DNA from: Myxococcota bacterium
GTDB taxonomy: Bacteria; Myxococcota_A; UBA9160; SZUA-336
Reading direction: 5' to 3'
Assembly: GCA_965247115.1 (NCBI GenBank)
Contig: CBDFGR010000001.1
Coordinates: 192,001 to 256,000 of the forward strand
Length of the DNA stretch: 64,000 nt
Both the position numbers and the translations under genes were made by a program. The notes beneath the pieces were generated by a model, which had not been told where the DNA came from, searched no databases, and saw nothing but the letters and a program-made list of their open reading frames with translations. Shown in pieces: positions 1 to 9,174 of this stretch; the first letter of the stretch is position 1; each line of letters starts with the position of its first letter.

Positions 1-3
1 ATC

Positions 4-558
4 GTGCTGGTGAGCGCAGCAAAGGTCGGGCTCGTGCAAGGCATTCGCAAGAAGGAGAGCGAGCTCACCCGGCTCAAGACCGTGAGAACGGGGCTGCTGA
101 GCCAGATGGCGCGCGTCAAGGACCTCGAGGCCGAACGAGGCCGCATCGATCAACAGCTCTCGATCCTCTCCGAGCTACGGGGGGGGATTTCCGCGAAGCA
201 TACGCTTCTCGCCGTGGATCGTGCGCTCAATGCCCAGGTCTGGTTTCTGAGCTGGACGTTCCACCGCGCGGGGCAGCTGGTCGAGGAGGCAACAGAGGCG
301 CGGAACACCGGCTACTTCATCGTTGTTCCTCCTGAGGGCAGCGACGAGACAGAAAAGACCTGGCGTCTCGACACGCATATGGAGATCCGCGCCCAGGCCG
401 CAAGCCACTCGGCGCTCGCGCGCTTTGTGAGGGAGCTGGTCGAGCAACCCGAAGTCGAGGACGTGAGGATCGTGAGCACGCGCGTGCACGGACAGACTGC
501 GGCTCAGGTTGTGAGCTTCGAGCTCGCGGTCGTCGTCAAGGGCCGGGGTAGCGGGTGA
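4..558 (+). CDS. pilN: PilN-like type IV pilus/T2SS assembly protein (5' end probably outside window)
   Basis: Coiled-coil then ferredoxin-like C-terminus (IRAQAASHSALARFVRELVEQPEV...FEL); first of four overlapping ORFs ending in a secretin. Confidence 0.7.
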   Translation: MLVSAAKVGLVQGIRKKESELTRLKTVRTGLLSQMARVKDLEAERGRIDQQLSILSELRGGISAKHTLLAVDRALNAQVWFLSWTFHRAGQLVEEATEARNTGYFIVVPPEGSDETEKTWRLDTHMEIRAQAASHSALARFVRELVEQPEVEDVRIVSTRVHGQTAAQVVSFELAVVVKGRGSG

Positions 559-1124
559 TGTTGGATCGACTCGCGAGACAGCTGCGGCCAGAGGCGGTGA
601 GCCTGACAGCGCTCGGGCTGCTCATGCTGGGGATTGCGGCAGCGTACCTCTACGTCCTCAAGCAGCCGCTCTCGGAGTATCGAGGACTTCTGCGTCACCA
701 GGCCGGCGCCAGTGTCGGTCTGCGCACGGGACGCGAAGAGCCCGCTGCGGTGGCACTCGCCGGTCTCCGACAGGAGGTGGAAGAGCTCCAGCAGCGACTC
801 TACGGCGGACCGTCGAGCGTGCCGTTGAGGGAGATGGAGTCGTACGTCATCCAGACGCTCGACCGGATCTCTGTGCGGCACGGCGTCGAGCTTGTCGGCG
901 TGAGGCCGCTGGCGATCGGAGAAGTCTTGATGTTCGATGAGCTGCCCTACGACGTGGAGGTCACGGGCAGCTACATGCGTCTCTGGGACTGGTTGCAGGA
1001 CATGGAGGCCGAGCTGCGCCCGATGGTGGTGAACTCCTATGAGCTCGAGCGCAGGAGCGATGCAACGCCGGTTGGCATGAAGCTGCGCCTGGTCGCGTAC
1101 CGGGCTCGTGAGCAACGAGAATGA
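555..1124 (+). CDS. pilO: PilO-like assembly protein
   Basis: N-terminal TM, coiled coil, ELPYDVEVTGSY...L motif; overlaps pilN stop. Confidence 0.75.
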   Translation: MMLDRLARQLRPEAVSLTALGLLMLGIAAAYLYVLKQPLSEYRGLLRHQAGASVGLRTGREEPAAVALAGLRQEVEELQQRLYGGPSSVPLREMESYVIQTLDRISVRHGVELVGVRPLAIGEVLMFDELPYDVEVTGSYMRLWDWLQDMEAELRPMVVNSYELERRSDATPVGMKLRLVAYRAREQRE

Positions 1125-1483
1125 GGACGTTCCGGCTCGCGCTCGCGCTTGTCTGCCTCGCTGTCAGTGCGGCGACCGAGTCCTTCGGCAACGGAGAGCG
1201 CGGACCGAGCCCCCGCTTCGACCCGTTCGACCGACCCTCGCTGACTGGAGACGTGTCCTCCCGGCGCAGCAACCTGGCCTCGGCGAGCTGGAGTCCCTGG
1301 CTAAAGGCGACCCTGGTGGCCGGAGAGAGCTCGCTTGCGAACCTCGGCGGCGTGGTGCTGAAGCTGGGAGACGAGACTCACGGCTACCGCCTGCTCGAGG
1401 TTCGGGAGTGGACGGCCGCCTTCTCAAAGGACGGCGAGCGCGTCGTATTCGCCGTGGTGCCGCCGTTCGAGCCTGAGCCATGA
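1121..1483 (+). CDS. PilP/GspC-like small exported protein
   Basis: Signal peptide, FDPF motif, LKATLVAG...LKLGDETHGYRL beta domain; between PilO and secretin. Confidence 0.55.
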   Translation: MRTFRLALALVCLAVSAATESFGNGERGPSPRFDPFDRPSLTGDVSSRRSNLASASWSPWLKATLVAGESSLANLGGVVLKLGDETHGYRLLEVREWTAAFSKDGERVVFAVVPPFEPEP

Positions 1484-2835
1484 TGCGCTGCAGCTCGCGT
1501 GTGCTCGGCTGGATCCTGCTCGCGGCGTGCTGTGCGCCCCAGTCATGGGCTGCGTCCCCTGTCGAGATCTCCGGAGGAGGGGGTCGTCCCATCTCCATCA
1601 TTGCCCGCGACACCGCCATCGCCGAGGTGTACGAGATGCTCTCGCGCAAGGAACAGGTGAGCGTTTTGATCGGAAAGGGCGTAGCGGGCTCGATCTCGGT
1701 AACACTGTTCAACGTCAGCCTGGATCAGGCCATGCGCTCCATTGCCGAGGCTGCGGGCTACGTTGCGGAGCGCAGGAGGCTTTCCTGGATGATCATGACG
1801 CGTGAGGAGGCGGGTCAGGACTCGGCCAACGGGAACACCATCGTCCGCACGTTGAAAGTGGAATACTCGGATCCGCAGGCGATCTCGGACATCCTTGCCA
1901 AGCACCAATCGCGCTACGGGGAGATCACGGTATTTCCCGACCGCCGCATGCTCGTCGTCGAGGACCTGCCCGACTTCGTGCTCCGCATGGAGCGCATGGT
2001 GGCCGAGATCGATCGCGAGCCGGAGCAGATCCTGATCGAGGCGAAGATCCTCGAGATCACGCTCGACGAGAACGACCTGTACGGAGTCGACTGGGCGCAG
2101 CTCGTCACCCACGATGATGGCTCAGGCACCTTCGGAGTTCGGGGCCAGACCTCGACAGGGACGTCCGGCTTCTTCCTGGAGGTGATCTCGCCGAGCTTCG
2201 AGGGCGCTCTCAACGCGCTCGCCGAGAAGGGTCGGGTGCGAACGCTCTCGACTCCGAGTCTGCTCGCGCTGGAGCACGAGGAGGCGGAGGTCTTGATCGC
2301 GGACAGGCTCGGGTTCCGCGTGACCACGACGATCAACGAGGTCACGACAGAGAGCGTCGAGTTCCTGGAGTCCGGCGTCATTCTCCGCTTCCGAGCCTCG
2401 GTCGATCAGCTGGGCCGGATTCGGCTCGACATCCACCCCGAGGTCAGCACGGGGACGATCAGCGACGGTCTTCCGAATCAGAGGACGGCGGAGGTGACGA
2501 CGACGCTCCTGGTCGCCGACGGCGAGAAGATCTTCATCGGCGGGCTGCTCAAGGATACCGTGACGCAGAGTCGATCCGGTGTGCCGTTCTTGATGGACCT
2601 GCCGCTGCTCGGCCTTCTGTTCTCGAAGCGCGAAGAGGTCAGCGTCACCACGGAGACCGTCGTGGTGGTGACGGCCTACGTCGCGGGACGCGATCGGCAG
2701 CGAGTTTCCGCGGAGAAGACCGGGGCGCTGCAGCCAATCGAGGAGGAGCTCCTGGAGGAACGCAAGGAGAAGGAGCAGAACTTCTCGCCTCCCCCGTCGC
2801 CGCCGCCCGCGAGTCCGGAGCCCCTCCCGAACTGA
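1480..2835 (+). CDS. Secretin (PilQ/GspD family, short form)
   Basis: QILIEAKILEI, LSTPSL and GGLL...SGVPFLMDLPLLGLLF secretin motifs. Confidence 0.9.
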   Translation: MMRCSSRVLGWILLAACCAPQSWAASPVEISGGGGRPISIIARDTAIAEVYEMLSRKEQVSVLIGKGVAGSISVTLFNVSLDQAMRSIAEAAGYVAERRRLSWMIMTREEAGQDSANGNTIVRTLKVEYSDPQAISDILAKHQSRYGEITVFPDRRMLVVEDLPDFVLRMERMVAEIDREPEQILIEAKILEITLDENDLYGVDWAQLVTHDDGSGTFGVRGQTSTGTSGFFLEVISPSFEGALNALAEKGRVRTLSTPSLLALEHEEAEVLIADRLGFRVTTTINEVTTESVEFLESGVILRFRASVDQLGRIRLDIHPEVSTGTISDGLPNQRTAEVTTTLLVADGEKIFIGGLLKDTVTQSRSGVPFLMDLPLLGLLFSKREEVSVTTETVVVVTAYVAGRDRQRVSAEKTGALQPIEEELLEERKEKEQNFSPPPSPPPASPEPLPN

Positions 2836-2849
2836 GCCGCGCCCTCTTC

Positions 2850-3479
2850 CTAATGTCCGGCGAAGGAGCGGTGTAGCGGATTCTCCAGTCCGGGTCTTCG
2901 CTCCTCGGCGACGCACGCCACGACCCTGACCGCGGCTCCCTCCGCCGCGCGCAGGGAGTGCTCCAGCCTGGAGTCGAAGTAGATCGAGTCTCCCGGGGCC
3001 AGCCGATGGACGTCCCCACCGATGGCGACATCGAGCTGCCCGCTCAGCACGAACAGGAACTCCTCGCCATCGTGAACGGAGGTGGGCGCCTGGCGGGAAT
3101 CGTCCGGTGGGATCTCGACGAGAAAGGGAGCCATCAGCTTGTCGGTCAGGCTGTAGGAGAGGGCCTGATAGCGGTAGTTCAGTGTCCGGGCCGCCTCGCT
3201 CTGCGGCTGTACGGTCCAGCGATCCGCGGAGCGCACCACCTCGACGCGCCGCTCCGGAATGGAGCGCTGGAAGAAGTGACCCAGGCTCACATCCAGAGTC
3301 GAAGCGATCTTCGAGAGCTCCCCGATCGCGGGCACGGCCCGGCTCTCCTCGAACGCCCCGAGCTGCTCCTCGGAAAGACCGGACCCCTGCGCCAGCTGCG
3401 AGAGCGCGAGGCCTCGATCTTCGCGAATCCTCCGCAGCTTCTGACCCAGCTCGAGCTCGAGTAGATCCCCGTCTGTCAT
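2850..3479 (-). CDS. XRE-family HTH regulator with C-terminal cupin domain
   Basis: LGQKLRRIREDRGL HTH; HDGEEFLFVLSG...GDSIYFDS..H cupin; overlaps E2 stop. Confidence 0.9.
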   Translation of the reverse strand: MTDGDLLELELGQKLRRIREDRGLALSQLAQGSGLSEEQLGAFEESRAVPAIGELSKIASTLDVSLGHFFQRSIPERRVEVVRSADRWTVQPQSEAARTLNYRYQALSYSLTDKLMAPFLVEIPPDDSRQAPTSVHDGEEFLFVLSGQLDVAIGGDVHRLAPGDSIYFDSRLEHSLRAAEGAAVRVVACVAEERRPGLENPLHRSFAGH

Positions 3480-4750
3480 GCCTGGCTCCTGCTGGCTGCA
3501 AACCCGGGGAAGTCGACGCCCTCCAGCTTTGCCTTCAGGTCCGCGACGAAGCGTGCGGCCTCGAGACCGTCGGTGATGCGATGATCGACGCTGATCGAGA
3601 GGTTCAGCACGCTGCGAGCCTCGAGCTCGCTGCCGCGCAACACGGGTACGGAGCGCAGCGCGCCGACGCCGAGAATGGCGACCTCGGGGTAGTTCAGGAT
3701 CGGGGTCGACATGACGCCTCCGAGCTTTCCCAGCGACGTGATGGTGAATGTACTCCCGCGCAGCTCCCCCGGTGTCAGGCGACCCTCCCGTGCCTTGCGC
3801 GCCAGGGCGTCGATCTCTTCGGCCAGCTCGGCTACCGAGAACCGGGCGGCCTCGTGGATCACCGGCACGACCAGGCCGTCGTCCGTCGCGGTCGCGATGC
3901 CGAGATGGACCACGGCTTTGAAAATCATCTCCTCGCGCTCATCGTCGATGCTTGCGTTCAGGACGGGGCTGCGCGCCAGGCTGCGCAGCGTCGCGTGCGC
4001 GATGAACGGGAGCGGGGAGCGCGGGCTGCTCTCCGCCACCCGCTCGGACGCCGCGAGCAGGTCCGTCAGATCGACCTCCTCCACGTACGTGAAGTGTGCG
4101 GCCGTGCGTCGGGCCTGGACCATCCTGCGAGCGATGGCGCGGCGCAAGCCCCGAAACGGTCGTCGCTCCCAGTCCTCGGGATCCGTCGTCGTCTCGACCG
4201 AAGCGGGACCCTGCTCGACGTCCTCGATCCGGTCGCCTCCCCGCTGGGCGCGTTCCACGTCGCGGCGCATGATGCGACCGCCCGGACCGGAGCCCTGCAC
4301 CCTGTCCAGGTCGACGTCGAGACGGCGCGCCAGGTCGCGCACTGCCGGGACGGCGTCGACGCTCTCTCTTTCCGGACGCTCGCTGGCTTTCTGCTGCGAG
4401 CGTGGCCGCTCGGGCAGGGCGGGCGGATGGGCTGACCCGCTAGCGGGTGCTGCCGCTGTCTCCACCGGCTTCGCGGAGCTCGTCGGAGTCGGCACTGCGA
4501 CCCCGTGACCGGATCCGTCCTCGTCGATCTCGATCAGGACTGCCCCGACGGGTGCGATCTCTCCGACCTGGAAGCAGATCCGCTGGACGCGGCCCGAGTA
4601 CGGGGAGGGGATCTCGATCTCGGCCTTGTCGGTCAGGAGCTCGACCAGGATCTGATCGTCCTTGACGAGCTCGCCCTCCTGCACCTTCCAGTCCAGAATC
4701 TCCGCCTCGACGACACCCTCTCCTATGTCCGGCAGTTCGAAGCGAACCAT
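3476..4750 (-). CDS. 2-oxoacid dehydrogenase E2 (dihydrolipoamide acyltransferase)
   Basis: Lipoyl domain (LPDIGEGV..TDKA), E3-binding GSGPGGRI, catalytic DHRITDG. Confidence 0.95.
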   Translation of the reverse strand: MVRFELPDIGEGVVEAEILDWKVQEGELVKDDQILVELLTDKAEIEIPSPYSGRVQRICFQVGEIAPVGAVLIEIDEDGSGHGVAVPTPTSSAKPVETAAAPASGSAHPPALPERPRSQQKASERPERESVDAVPAVRDLARRLDVDLDRVQGSGPGGRIMRRDVERAQRGGDRIEDVEQGPASVETTTDPEDWERRPFRGLRRAIARRMVQARRTAAHFTYVEEVDLTDLLAASERVAESSPRSPLPFIAHATLRSLARSPVLNASIDDEREEMIFKAVVHLGIATATDDGLVVPVIHEAARFSVAELAEEIDALARKAREGRLTPGELRGSTFTITSLGKLGGVMSTPILNYPEVAILGVGALRSVPVLRGSELEARSVLNLSISVDHRITDGLEAARFVADLKAKLEGVDFPGFAASRSQA

Positions 4751-4752
4751 GG

Positions 4753-5736
4753 CTAGTACTCGATGACCTCCCTGAGTTCGAAGAGGATCCGGTCTGCATT
4801 GGGGAGGTAGTGATCCTCGAGCGTGTAGGGGAACGGAGTGTCGAGCCCGGTCACGCGGCGAAGTGGTGCCTCGAGCCGAGTGAACGCGCGCTCCTGCACG
4901 GCCGCGAGCAGCTCTGCCCCGAAGCCGCAGGTGCTAGGAGCCTCGTGGGCGACGAGCAGGCGGCCGGTCTTCTCCACGGATCGCAGCACCGTCTCGATGT
5001 CGTAGGGGGCCACGCTTACCAGGTCGATCAGCTCTACGTCGTAGCCCTCACCCTCGGCACGCATCGCCGCATCCTGCGCTACGGGGAGCATGGCACCGTA
5101 CGCGACGAGCGTCGCATCGACGCCCGGACGCACGACTTCCGCGCGATCCAGCGGCAGCGTGTAGTACTCGGTCGGCACGTCACCGCGACTAGCGCGGTAG
5201 ATGCGCTTGGGCTCGAGGAAGATCACGGGGTCCGGACACTCCAGCGCGGCGAGCAGCAGACCCTTGGCCTGTCTGGCTCCGGACGGAATCACGACTCGCA
5301 GGCCAGGCGTGTGCGCGAAGTACGCCTCCGGGCTCTGCGAGTGGTAGAGCCCCCCGCGGATGCCTCCGCCGTAGGGGGCGCGAATCACGACCTTTGGCGT
5401 GTACTGCCCGCCGGAGCGATAGCGGTACTTGGCGAGCTCGTTCACGATCTGGTCGAACGCCGGAAAGATGAAGTCGACGAACTGGATCTCCACGACGGGC
5501 CGGAGGCCCGCCAGCGCCATGCCAACAGCCATTCCGACGATGCCGGCCTCGGCGAGCGGCGTGTCGAAGACGCGCTCCGAGCCATACTTCTCCTGCAGGC
5601 CCGAGGTCACGCGGAAGACGCCGCCGAACAGACCCACGTCCTCGCCGAGCACGACTGCCGACTTCTCTCGCTCCAGATACAGGTCGAGAGCGTCGTTCAA
5701 GGCCTGGATCAGGTTCTGCTGCTTGGTCTCGGCCAT
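4753..5736 (-). CDS. 2-oxoacid dehydrogenase E1 beta (branched-chain/pyruvate type)
   Basis: GEDVG..GGVFRVT, DTPLAE, HSQSPEA. Confidence 0.95.
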   Translation of the reverse strand: MAETKQQNLIQALNDALDLYLEREKSAVVLGEDVGLFGGVFRVTSGLQEKYGSERVFDTPLAEAGIVGMAVGMALAGLRPVVEIQFVDFIFPAFDQIVNELAKYRYRSGGQYTPKVVIRAPYGGGIRGGLYHSQSPEAYFAHTPGLRVVIPSGARQAKGLLLAALECPDPVIFLEPKRIYRASRGDVPTEYYTLPLDRAEVVRPGVDATLVAYGAMLPVAQDAAMRAEGEGYDVELIDLVSVAPYDIETVLRSVEKTGRLLVAHEAPSTCGFGAELLAAVQERAFTRLEAPLRRVTGLDTPFPYTLEDHYLPNADRILFELREVIEY

Positions 5737-5745
5737 GTGAGATCT

Positions 5746-6849
5746 CTAGGGAACGTCGTGCGTCTCACCGGTCTGCGCGTTCCAGAAGCGCAGGTAGGCG
5801 GCGCGCTGCTCCTCGAGCTGTGGCGTGAGCTCCTCGGTCACTCCTTCGAATAGCGACTCCAGCGGTGGGGGCGGCCACGGCTCACACTCCTTGATGAGCG
5901 CGGTGATGCGCTCCTCCCACCTGGCGGTCGCCTCCTGTCCGCGCGAGCTGTCCCAGATGCCCCGCCACTGCGCGTGGCGCTGCAGGCGCAGCTCGGGATC
6001 GAGCTGCTGCCAGCGCTCGGCCTCCTCCTCCGAGCGGTAGGCCGATGGGTCGTCGGCCGTCGAGTGGGCGCCGATCCTGTACGTCTGCGCCTCGATCAGG
6101 CTAGGGCCTGCGCCCGAGCGCGCGCGTCCCACCGCCTGACCGATCGCGTGGATCACGGCAAGAAAGTCGTTGCCGTCCACCTGGATTCCGGGAACGCCGT
6201 AGCCCTCGCCGCGTACCGCGAGACTGCGCGCCGCCGTCTGAACCGACTCGGGAGTGGAGATGGCGTAGCCGTTGTTCCGGATCACGAAGACTGCGGGAGC
6301 GTTGAACACACCGCTGAAGTTCACTGCAGTGTGGAAGTCCCCTTCTGACGCCGTCCCCTCGCCGAGGAAGGCCAGGGCTACCTGACCGGTTCTCTTGATG
6401 CGCGCCGCGTAGGCGTAGCCGCAGGCGTGCGGAAGCTGCGTACCGACCGGGCTGCTCACCGACGGGATGCTCCACTCGCGGAAACAGAAGTGGATCGGCA
6501 TCTGGCGGCCCTGGCACAGGTCCCGGCTGTTTCCGATCAGCTGGTTCATCAACAACGGCAGGGGGACGCCGCGCCAGAGCAGCGAGCCGAGCTCCCGATA
6601 GCTGAGAAAGATTGGATCGTCCTGGCGCAGACAGTAGGCGGCCCCGATCGTAGTGGCCTCTTCACCGGTGCTCGTCATGTAGAAGCCGAGACGACCCTGG
6701 CGCTGGAGCATGAGGAAACGCCGGTCCATGACTCGGTTCAGCGCAAGCGTATCCAGGATCCGAAGGAGATCGCCGTCGTCGATCAGCTCGCGGTACTCTT
6801 CAGGGCAGCTCCCGTCCTCGTTGAGAATGGCAAAGGGCACGTCCGACAC
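5746..6849 (-). CDS. 2-oxoacid dehydrogenase E1 alpha
   Basis: QRQGRLGFY, GRQMPIH, TPP motif GEGTASEGDF...NN, HSTADD. Confidence 0.95.
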   Translation of the reverse strand: MSDVPFAILNEDGSCPEEYRELIDDGDLLRILDTLALNRVMDRRFLMLQRQGRLGFYMTSTGEEATTIGAAYCLRQDDPIFLSYRELGSLLWRGVPLPLLMNQLIGNSRDLCQGRQMPIHFCFREWSIPSVSSPVGTQLPHACGYAYAARIKRTGQVALAFLGEGTASEGDFHTAVNFSGVFNAPAVFVIRNNGYAISTPESVQTAARSLAVRGEGYGVPGIQVDGNDFLAVIHAIGQAVGRARSGAGPSLIEAQTYRIGAHSTADDPSAYRSEEEAERWQQLDPELRLQRHAQWRGIWDSSRGQEATARWEERITALIKECEPWPPPPLESLFEGVTEELTPQLEEQRAAYLRFWNAQTGETHDVP

Positions 6850-6864
6850 GCTTCGCCGAGCCTC

Positions 6865-7302
6865 CTACGCGCTCTCTCTGATCTCTGTCTCGAGCTCGAC
6901 CGGAGTCACGAGCGAGTTGGAGACCAGACAGAGCTTCTCGGCTCGCTCGAGCAGCCGTTGGGCGCGGTCGCGTTTCTGGCCTGGGTCGAGCTCGAGCTCG
7001 GCGTGCAGGCGGATCTCCGTGAAGCGCATGCCGCCCTCCGCTCGATCGAGAATCCCCTCCGCCGCGCAGCGAAGGCTCGTCCATTCGAGCGACGAGTTTG
7101 TGGCAAGCGTGCGGAACGACAGCACGAAGCAGTCTGCGACAGCGGCAAGCAGCAGCGACTCCGGCGACCATAGGTCACCGGGACCGTCGAACTCGGCCGG
7201 TGGCGCGCTCTCGAGAGAGGGCAGCCCCTGTGCCGAGAGAACGACGTTACCGTCCGAGCGCCCCATCGCCTCGAGCCGGTATCGGTGAGGTAGGTCCTGC
7301 AT
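6865..7302 (-). CDS. OsmC/Ohr family protein
   Basis: PPAEFDG..WSPESLL.AAVADC...C.VSNSL; start placed at MQDLPH. Confidence 0.85.
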   Translation of the reverse strand: MQDLPHRYRLEAMGRSDGNVVLSAQGLPSLESAPPAEFDGPGDLWSPESLLLAAVADCFVLSFRTLATNSSLEWTSLRCAAEGILDRAEGGMRFTEIRLHAELELDPGQKRDRAQRLLERAEKLCLVSNSLVTPVELETEIRESA

Positions 7303-7609
7303 GTCGTTTGGCGTGCGAGGGAGGGTACGGAATCCAACCAGCGACGTCACGAGCCCCGCACTACAGCGATCCGACCCCCACCCCCCCGACGGTTGACACC
7401 GAACGGAGTACGCAAAGCAAGACAGGTGACATCCACGTGTCCTACCGCTGCAGACGCGCGAAAGCGGCGCGCGGGTCCTTAGTCTGAACTTATTCCGCGT
7501 GAGACGACCTCAGCGACGCGTATACGAACGAAAGTGCCCAAGAGTCCCACCTCGGTGACCAGAAGTTCCGACTTCGGCCAAGGAAGTTAAGATTAAGGAC
7601 CGTCCCCAA

Positions 7610-7861
7610 GTTGAGATTCCCGCCTGTGGGACTTGGCAGCCATGCAAGCGCCGCGGAACGCGGTGCGCGCAGCGAAGGCCGTAGGCCTGAGGGGAGATGG
7701 GTGGGCCGCGGACGCCCGCGGCCCGGGTCCCAAAAGACCTGCAACGGATGGCCTAACTCCGGGTCACGGCTCGAGGCTGGCTCTCCTGGCGCGACTTTCT
7801 GCCTCGAGATTGAATAGCCAGGTCCGACGGCCGATAAGAGGTACAGAGGGGGAATCTCAAC
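7610..7861. repeat. 252-bp intergenic element with perfect 12-bp terminal inverted repeats (MITE-like or structured RNA)
   Basis: GTTGAGATTCCC (7610-7621) / GGGAATCTCAAC (7850-7861); internal hairpins CCGCG-GAA-CGCGG, AGGCC-GTA-GGCCT, GGGCCGCGG..CCGCGGCCC. Confidence 0.45.
7811..7837 (+). promoter_or_regulatory. Sigma28 (FliA)-like promoter of fapA
   Basis: TGAA-N15-GCCGATAA vs consensus TAAA-N15-GCCGATAA, about 30 bp before the ATG. Confidence 0.65.
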
Positions 7862-7868
7862 GGAGCGG

Positions 7869-9113
7869 ATGGCGTCCGAACGCATCACGATCGATATCAT
7901 GCCCGGCGAGGTCGAGGCGCAGGCTGAAGTTCTGCCCGGCCCGCCCACTGATCGCAGCGCTCTGGACGAGGCACTGCGCGACGAGGGCGTGGTGTTCGGC
8001 ATCGACGAGGAGGCCTGCGCGCAGCTCGGCGTCTGCCTGCAGGACCCGGACTTTGCGATCCAGGAGCTGGTCCTGGCCCAGGGCACGGCGCCCGTCTCTG
8101 GGGCTGACGGCGTGCTCGAGCTCAAGTTCAACATCAACGTGCTGGCGGGCCGGCTGCGCGAGGATGGGACCCTCGACTTTCGCGACCGCGGCCTCCTGGT
8201 GCCCTTGGAGGCCGGCGATCTGCTTGGCGTCTACACTCCGCCAGGCGAGTCACATACGGGCCGCAGCGTGGAGGGTCGCGAGCTGCCGGCCGACACACCG
8301 CGCGATCCGTTGCCCTGCCTGGGCGAGGGCGTGGAGCTCGACAGTGAGTCAGGCGAGATCCGCGCGACTGTGGCCGGCATCGTCTCCTACCCCGAGGGCG
8401 CGACGCTCTCGGTCACGTCCAGCTTCCAGCACAACCGCGACGTGGACCTCAAGTCCGGCGATCTCCAGATGGAGGGGGCGCTTCAGATCACGGGCGATGT
8501 GGCGCGCAACGCTTCCGCCTCGGCGACGGGAGACGTGGTCGTCAACGGGATGGTCGATGGCGGGACCGTTCGGGCCAACGGGAGCGTAACGATCGGCGGC
8601 GGCGTGATCGGCTCGGAGGGGACCTTTGTCGTGGCAGGCGGCGACCTGGCTTGCAACCACGCGGACGGTGCAGATCTGCGCAGCGGGGGGACCCTCTCGA
8701 TCGCCTCGAACGCCATCAAGACGCGGGTCACCGCGCGGAAGATTGTCATCGGCGCGAACCAGGGCTCCGTCGTGGGCGGCGAGCTGCGAGCGGCCGAGAC
8801 CATCGTCCTGGGCAACGTCGGCTCGAAGCTGAGCACGCGCACGGTCATCGCCATCGGGCCGATCCAGGACCACAGCTCTCCCCTCGAGGATGGGGTGAAA
8901 TCCCTCAGCACGGCCGGGCGCATCCGCGTGATCGGCACCTACGCGGACCTGCTCCCGGACGCCAGGATCGACATCACGGGGGTGGCTCATCCCGGGGTGG
9001 TGATCAAGCTCGGGCCCCACGAGCTCCAGCTCCAGGAGGACGTGCGCAGCGTCCGCTTCGTGCACGACCCGAATCTGGACCCCGCGATCCGCATGGACAA
9101 GCTCAGGAGCTAG
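7869..9113 (+). CDS. fapA: FapA (DUF342) flagellar assembly protein A family
   Basis: GVVFGIDE, G..P..G.DG, DGTLDFRD, DVDLKSG, glycine-rich beta-helix repeats, VVGGELRA. Confidence 0.85.
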   Translation: MASERITIDIMPGEVEAQAEVLPGPPTDRSALDEALRDEGVVFGIDEEACAQLGVCLQDPDFAIQELVLAQGTAPVSGADGVLELKFNINVLAGRLREDGTLDFRDRGLLVPLEAGDLLGVYTPPGESHTGRSVEGRELPADTPRDPLPCLGEGVELDSESGEIRATVAGIVSYPEGATLSVTSSFQHNRDVDLKSGDLQMEGALQITGDVARNASASATGDVVVNGMVDGGTVRANGSVTIGGGVIGSEGTFVVAGGDLACNHADGADLRSGGTLSIASNAIKTRVTARKIVIGANQGSVVGGELRAAETIVLGNVGSKLSTRTVIAIGPIQDHSSPLEDGVKSLSTAGRIRVIGTYADLLPDARIDITGVAHPGVVIKLGPHELQLQEDVRSVRFVHDPNLDPAIRMDKLRS

Positions 9114-9174
9114 CCAGACCCCGCCGTCTCCGGCGCCCAAAGAGGCGCCCCCCTCGACTTACCTGGAGCCTCAG

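Noticed and set aside
7393..7490. Second c-di-GMP riboswitch (TACGCAAAGC)
   Set aside because: No upstream GGCAAA/P2 stem with GNRA loop
7610..7861. RNase P RNA or tmRNA
   Set aside because: No GAGGAAAGTCC core and no tRNA-like ends on either strand
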